Of a stretch of DNA of 64,000 bases, positions 61,842 to 64,000 are shown piece by piece (positions within the stretch are counted from its first letter, which is position 1; every line of letters begins with the position of its first letter). The stretch is from assembly GCF_963921235.1 (NCBI RefSeq), contig NC_086108.1, forward strand, positions 110,052,001 to 110,116,000, read 5' to 3'. Made by a program: the position numbers and the translations under genes. This DNA comes from Mobula hypostoma. Taxonomy: Eukaryota. Under the pieces are notes generated by a model. That model was not told where the DNA came from. It searched no databases and saw only the letters and a program-made list of their open reading frames with translations.

Positions 61842-63906
61842 CAGTGCCTATAAAAAATATTCACCCCTTTATTGTTTTACAACATTGAATCATAGTGGAT
61901 TTAATTTGGCTTTTTTTGACACTGATCAACAGAAAAAGACTCTTTCATATCAAAGTGAAAACACGTCTCTGCAAAGTGATCTAAAATAATTACAACTATA
62001 AAACATAAAATAATTGATTGCACAAGTATTCACCCCCTTTAATATGACCCACCAAATCATCATTGGTGCAGCCAGTTGGTTATGGAGTTCACATAATTGG
62101 TTAAATGGAGATCACCTGTGGGCAGTCAAGGTATTTCAATTGATTGTAGTAAAATACACCTGTATCTGGAAGGTCCAACTGCTGGTGATTCATGAGGCTA
62201 CACTACATTTTGAAAACAAAGCTTTTTCTCTTTGCTTTGACCCTCCATGCACACTAAAACGGCATTTTCATCCCCTGAAAATGGAGATTTTCAGAAATGG
62301 TCTCCAAAGTGAATAAATCTGAAAACACCTAATATCCATTGCAGTGAGAATGGGGTAAGCGGAGATTTTTAATACCGCTGTCATGACGTGCCAGAACAGA
62401 TGGTGGCAGCCCGGCATTTCATTGTTTTCTTCTTCTTCTTCTTATTATTATTATTATTATTACTTTATTGTCGCCAAACAATTGATACTAGAGTGTACAA
62501 TCATCACTGTGATATTTGATTCTGCGCTTCGCAAACCCTAACAATTTCAGAACAGATGGCAACAAGACTGAAGCCAGAAGGGTTAGAAATGTACTCACCA
62601 AATACTTTGACCCATAGCTTACTGAATAAATAAATATACTCACTTTGCCCTGTTTTCTGTCCTTGCTTGTATGAAGGTGGTTTACCTATTTATGCAAGTA
62701 CTTCTCTAGCAATAGATGTGTAACAGCCTAATGTAATATTGTATGGAAATACAAGATAACACTGATGCAGGCATGTTTCATACATTTAACAAGGTGCTTT
62801 ATTAATGCAACAGAGTTAGTCAGTTTTTCAATGTTCATCGTCAGCTGGGTCATACTGTCCGTGACTCCTTGTCGGTTGCTTCCATACGCTCCAGTATTTT
62901 TTTTTTCGGTTTTAAGTCCTCCTGCGCAAAAGCCAAGAGCAATTCCTTTTAAGTTTTTCTACTCTGTAACTGGACAAAAGCGCACCAAGTATACCATTTC
63001 CTCTTCGCTTGTTTTCTCTGTGTCCTGCGCATGCCTAGTAGGAGGAGATTCGCCCAAATATCTGTTCAAATATGGACAGAGACATTTTGAAGAATGTTTA
63101 GTGTGGACGCCTGTCGTTTTTACTCGAAACCGGCGTTTTCAAAATTATCCGGCGTAGTGTGGACTCCTACGGATCCTGGGAAAAAGTACACCATGAAGGT
63201 AAAGGAACACTCCAAGCAACTCTGTGAAAAAGTTATTGAAAAGCACAAGTCAGGAGATGGATACAAGAAAATTTCCATGTCACTGACGATTACTTGGACT
63301 ACAGTTAAGTGCATCATAAAGAAATAGAAATAATATGGCACAACTGTAAATCTGCCGAGAGTAAGCTGTCCTCAAAATCTGAGTGACCATGCAAGAAGGG
63401 GTCGAGTGAGGGAACCAACCAAGAGGCCTATGACAACTCTGGAGGAGTTACAAGCTTCACTGGCTGAGATGGGAGAGACTGTGCATACAAATACTATTGC
63501 CCCAGTGCCTCACCAGTCACAGCTTTATAGGAGGGTAGCAAAGAGAAAGCCACTGTGGGAGGGGAAAAAAACTCACATGAAATCTTGGCTAGAGTTTGCC
63601 AGAAGGCATGTGGGAGACTCTGAAGTCAGCTGAAGTAAGGTTCTATGGTCTGATAAAACCAAAATTGAGCTTTCTGGCCATCACACTAAATGCTATGTTT
63701 GGTGAAAGCCAAACAGTACACATCATCAAAAGCGCACCGTCCCCACCGTGAAGCATGGTGGTGCCTGTGTCATGCTGTGGGGATGCTTCAGTGCAGCAGG
63801 CCCTGGATGGCTTATGAAGATAGAAGGTAAACTGAATGCATCAAAATATGGGGAAATACTGGAGGAAAACCTGATGCAGTCTGCAAGAGAATTGTGACTT
63901 GGGAGA
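61842..63906 (+). mobile_element. Tc1 transposon, left part (defective), with nested MITE
   Basis: ta-cagtgcctataaaaaatattcacccc TIR. Transposase from ATG 63193 (KEHSKQL...GYKKIS, WSDKTKIEL, TVKHGG..VMLWGCF) with stops. Confidence 0.9.
62195..63165. mobile_element. Non-autonomous DNA transposon, possibly PIF/Harbinger-like MITE
   Basis: Imperfect terminal inverted repeats aggctacactac..ttttgaaaac / gttttcaaaa..gtagtgtggact. It interrupts the Tc1 leader. Confidence 0.55.
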
Positions 63907-64000
63907 AGTCCTGATGAAGGATCTCGGCCTAAAACATCGACTGTACTATTTCCCATTGATGCTGCCTGGCCTACTGAGTTCCTCCAGCATTTTGTGTGTG
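63907..64000 (+). mobile_element. PLE-derived short repeat beginning with a degenerate hammerhead motif
   Basis: agtc-ctgatga-aggatctcggcct-aaaac-atc-gact followed by the gatgctgcctggcc...gagttcctccagca tail. Confidence 0.75.

Overview
This is eukaryotic vertebrate DNA, not a prokaryotic locus. It is almost entirely transposable-element debris: CR1, Rex1/Babar, RTE, L1 and HERO-type LINEs, Penelope-like elements (PLEs), V-SINE/tRNA SINEs, Gypsy LTR elements and solo LTRs, hAT, Tc1 and a Harbinger-like MITE. The repeat mix suggests a cartilaginous fish (ray or shark); that is an inference. The only host-gene sequence I recognise is an intron-containing, decayed ASF1 histone-chaperone copy on the + strand, with exon 2 at 12418-12525, exon 3 at 28711-28866 and exon 4 at 30728-30928. 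It has lost splice sites, carries a frameshift and deletions, and only its exon 2 appears in the ORF track. At least eight PLE termini or PLE-derived short repeats carry a minimal type I hammerhead ribozyme motif. A ~390-bp RTE-derived element keeps an HDV-like/Pr77-like core hairpin. Positions 44154-61800 form a multi-layer nest whose insertion order can be read from target-site duplications (TSDs): a Gypsy element hosts two hAT transposons, an inverted PLE and a full-length L1, and the L1 itself hosts a HERO fragment. I found no intact protein-coding host gene and no wholly new multi-gene system. Family assignments rest on recalled motifs, not database searches.
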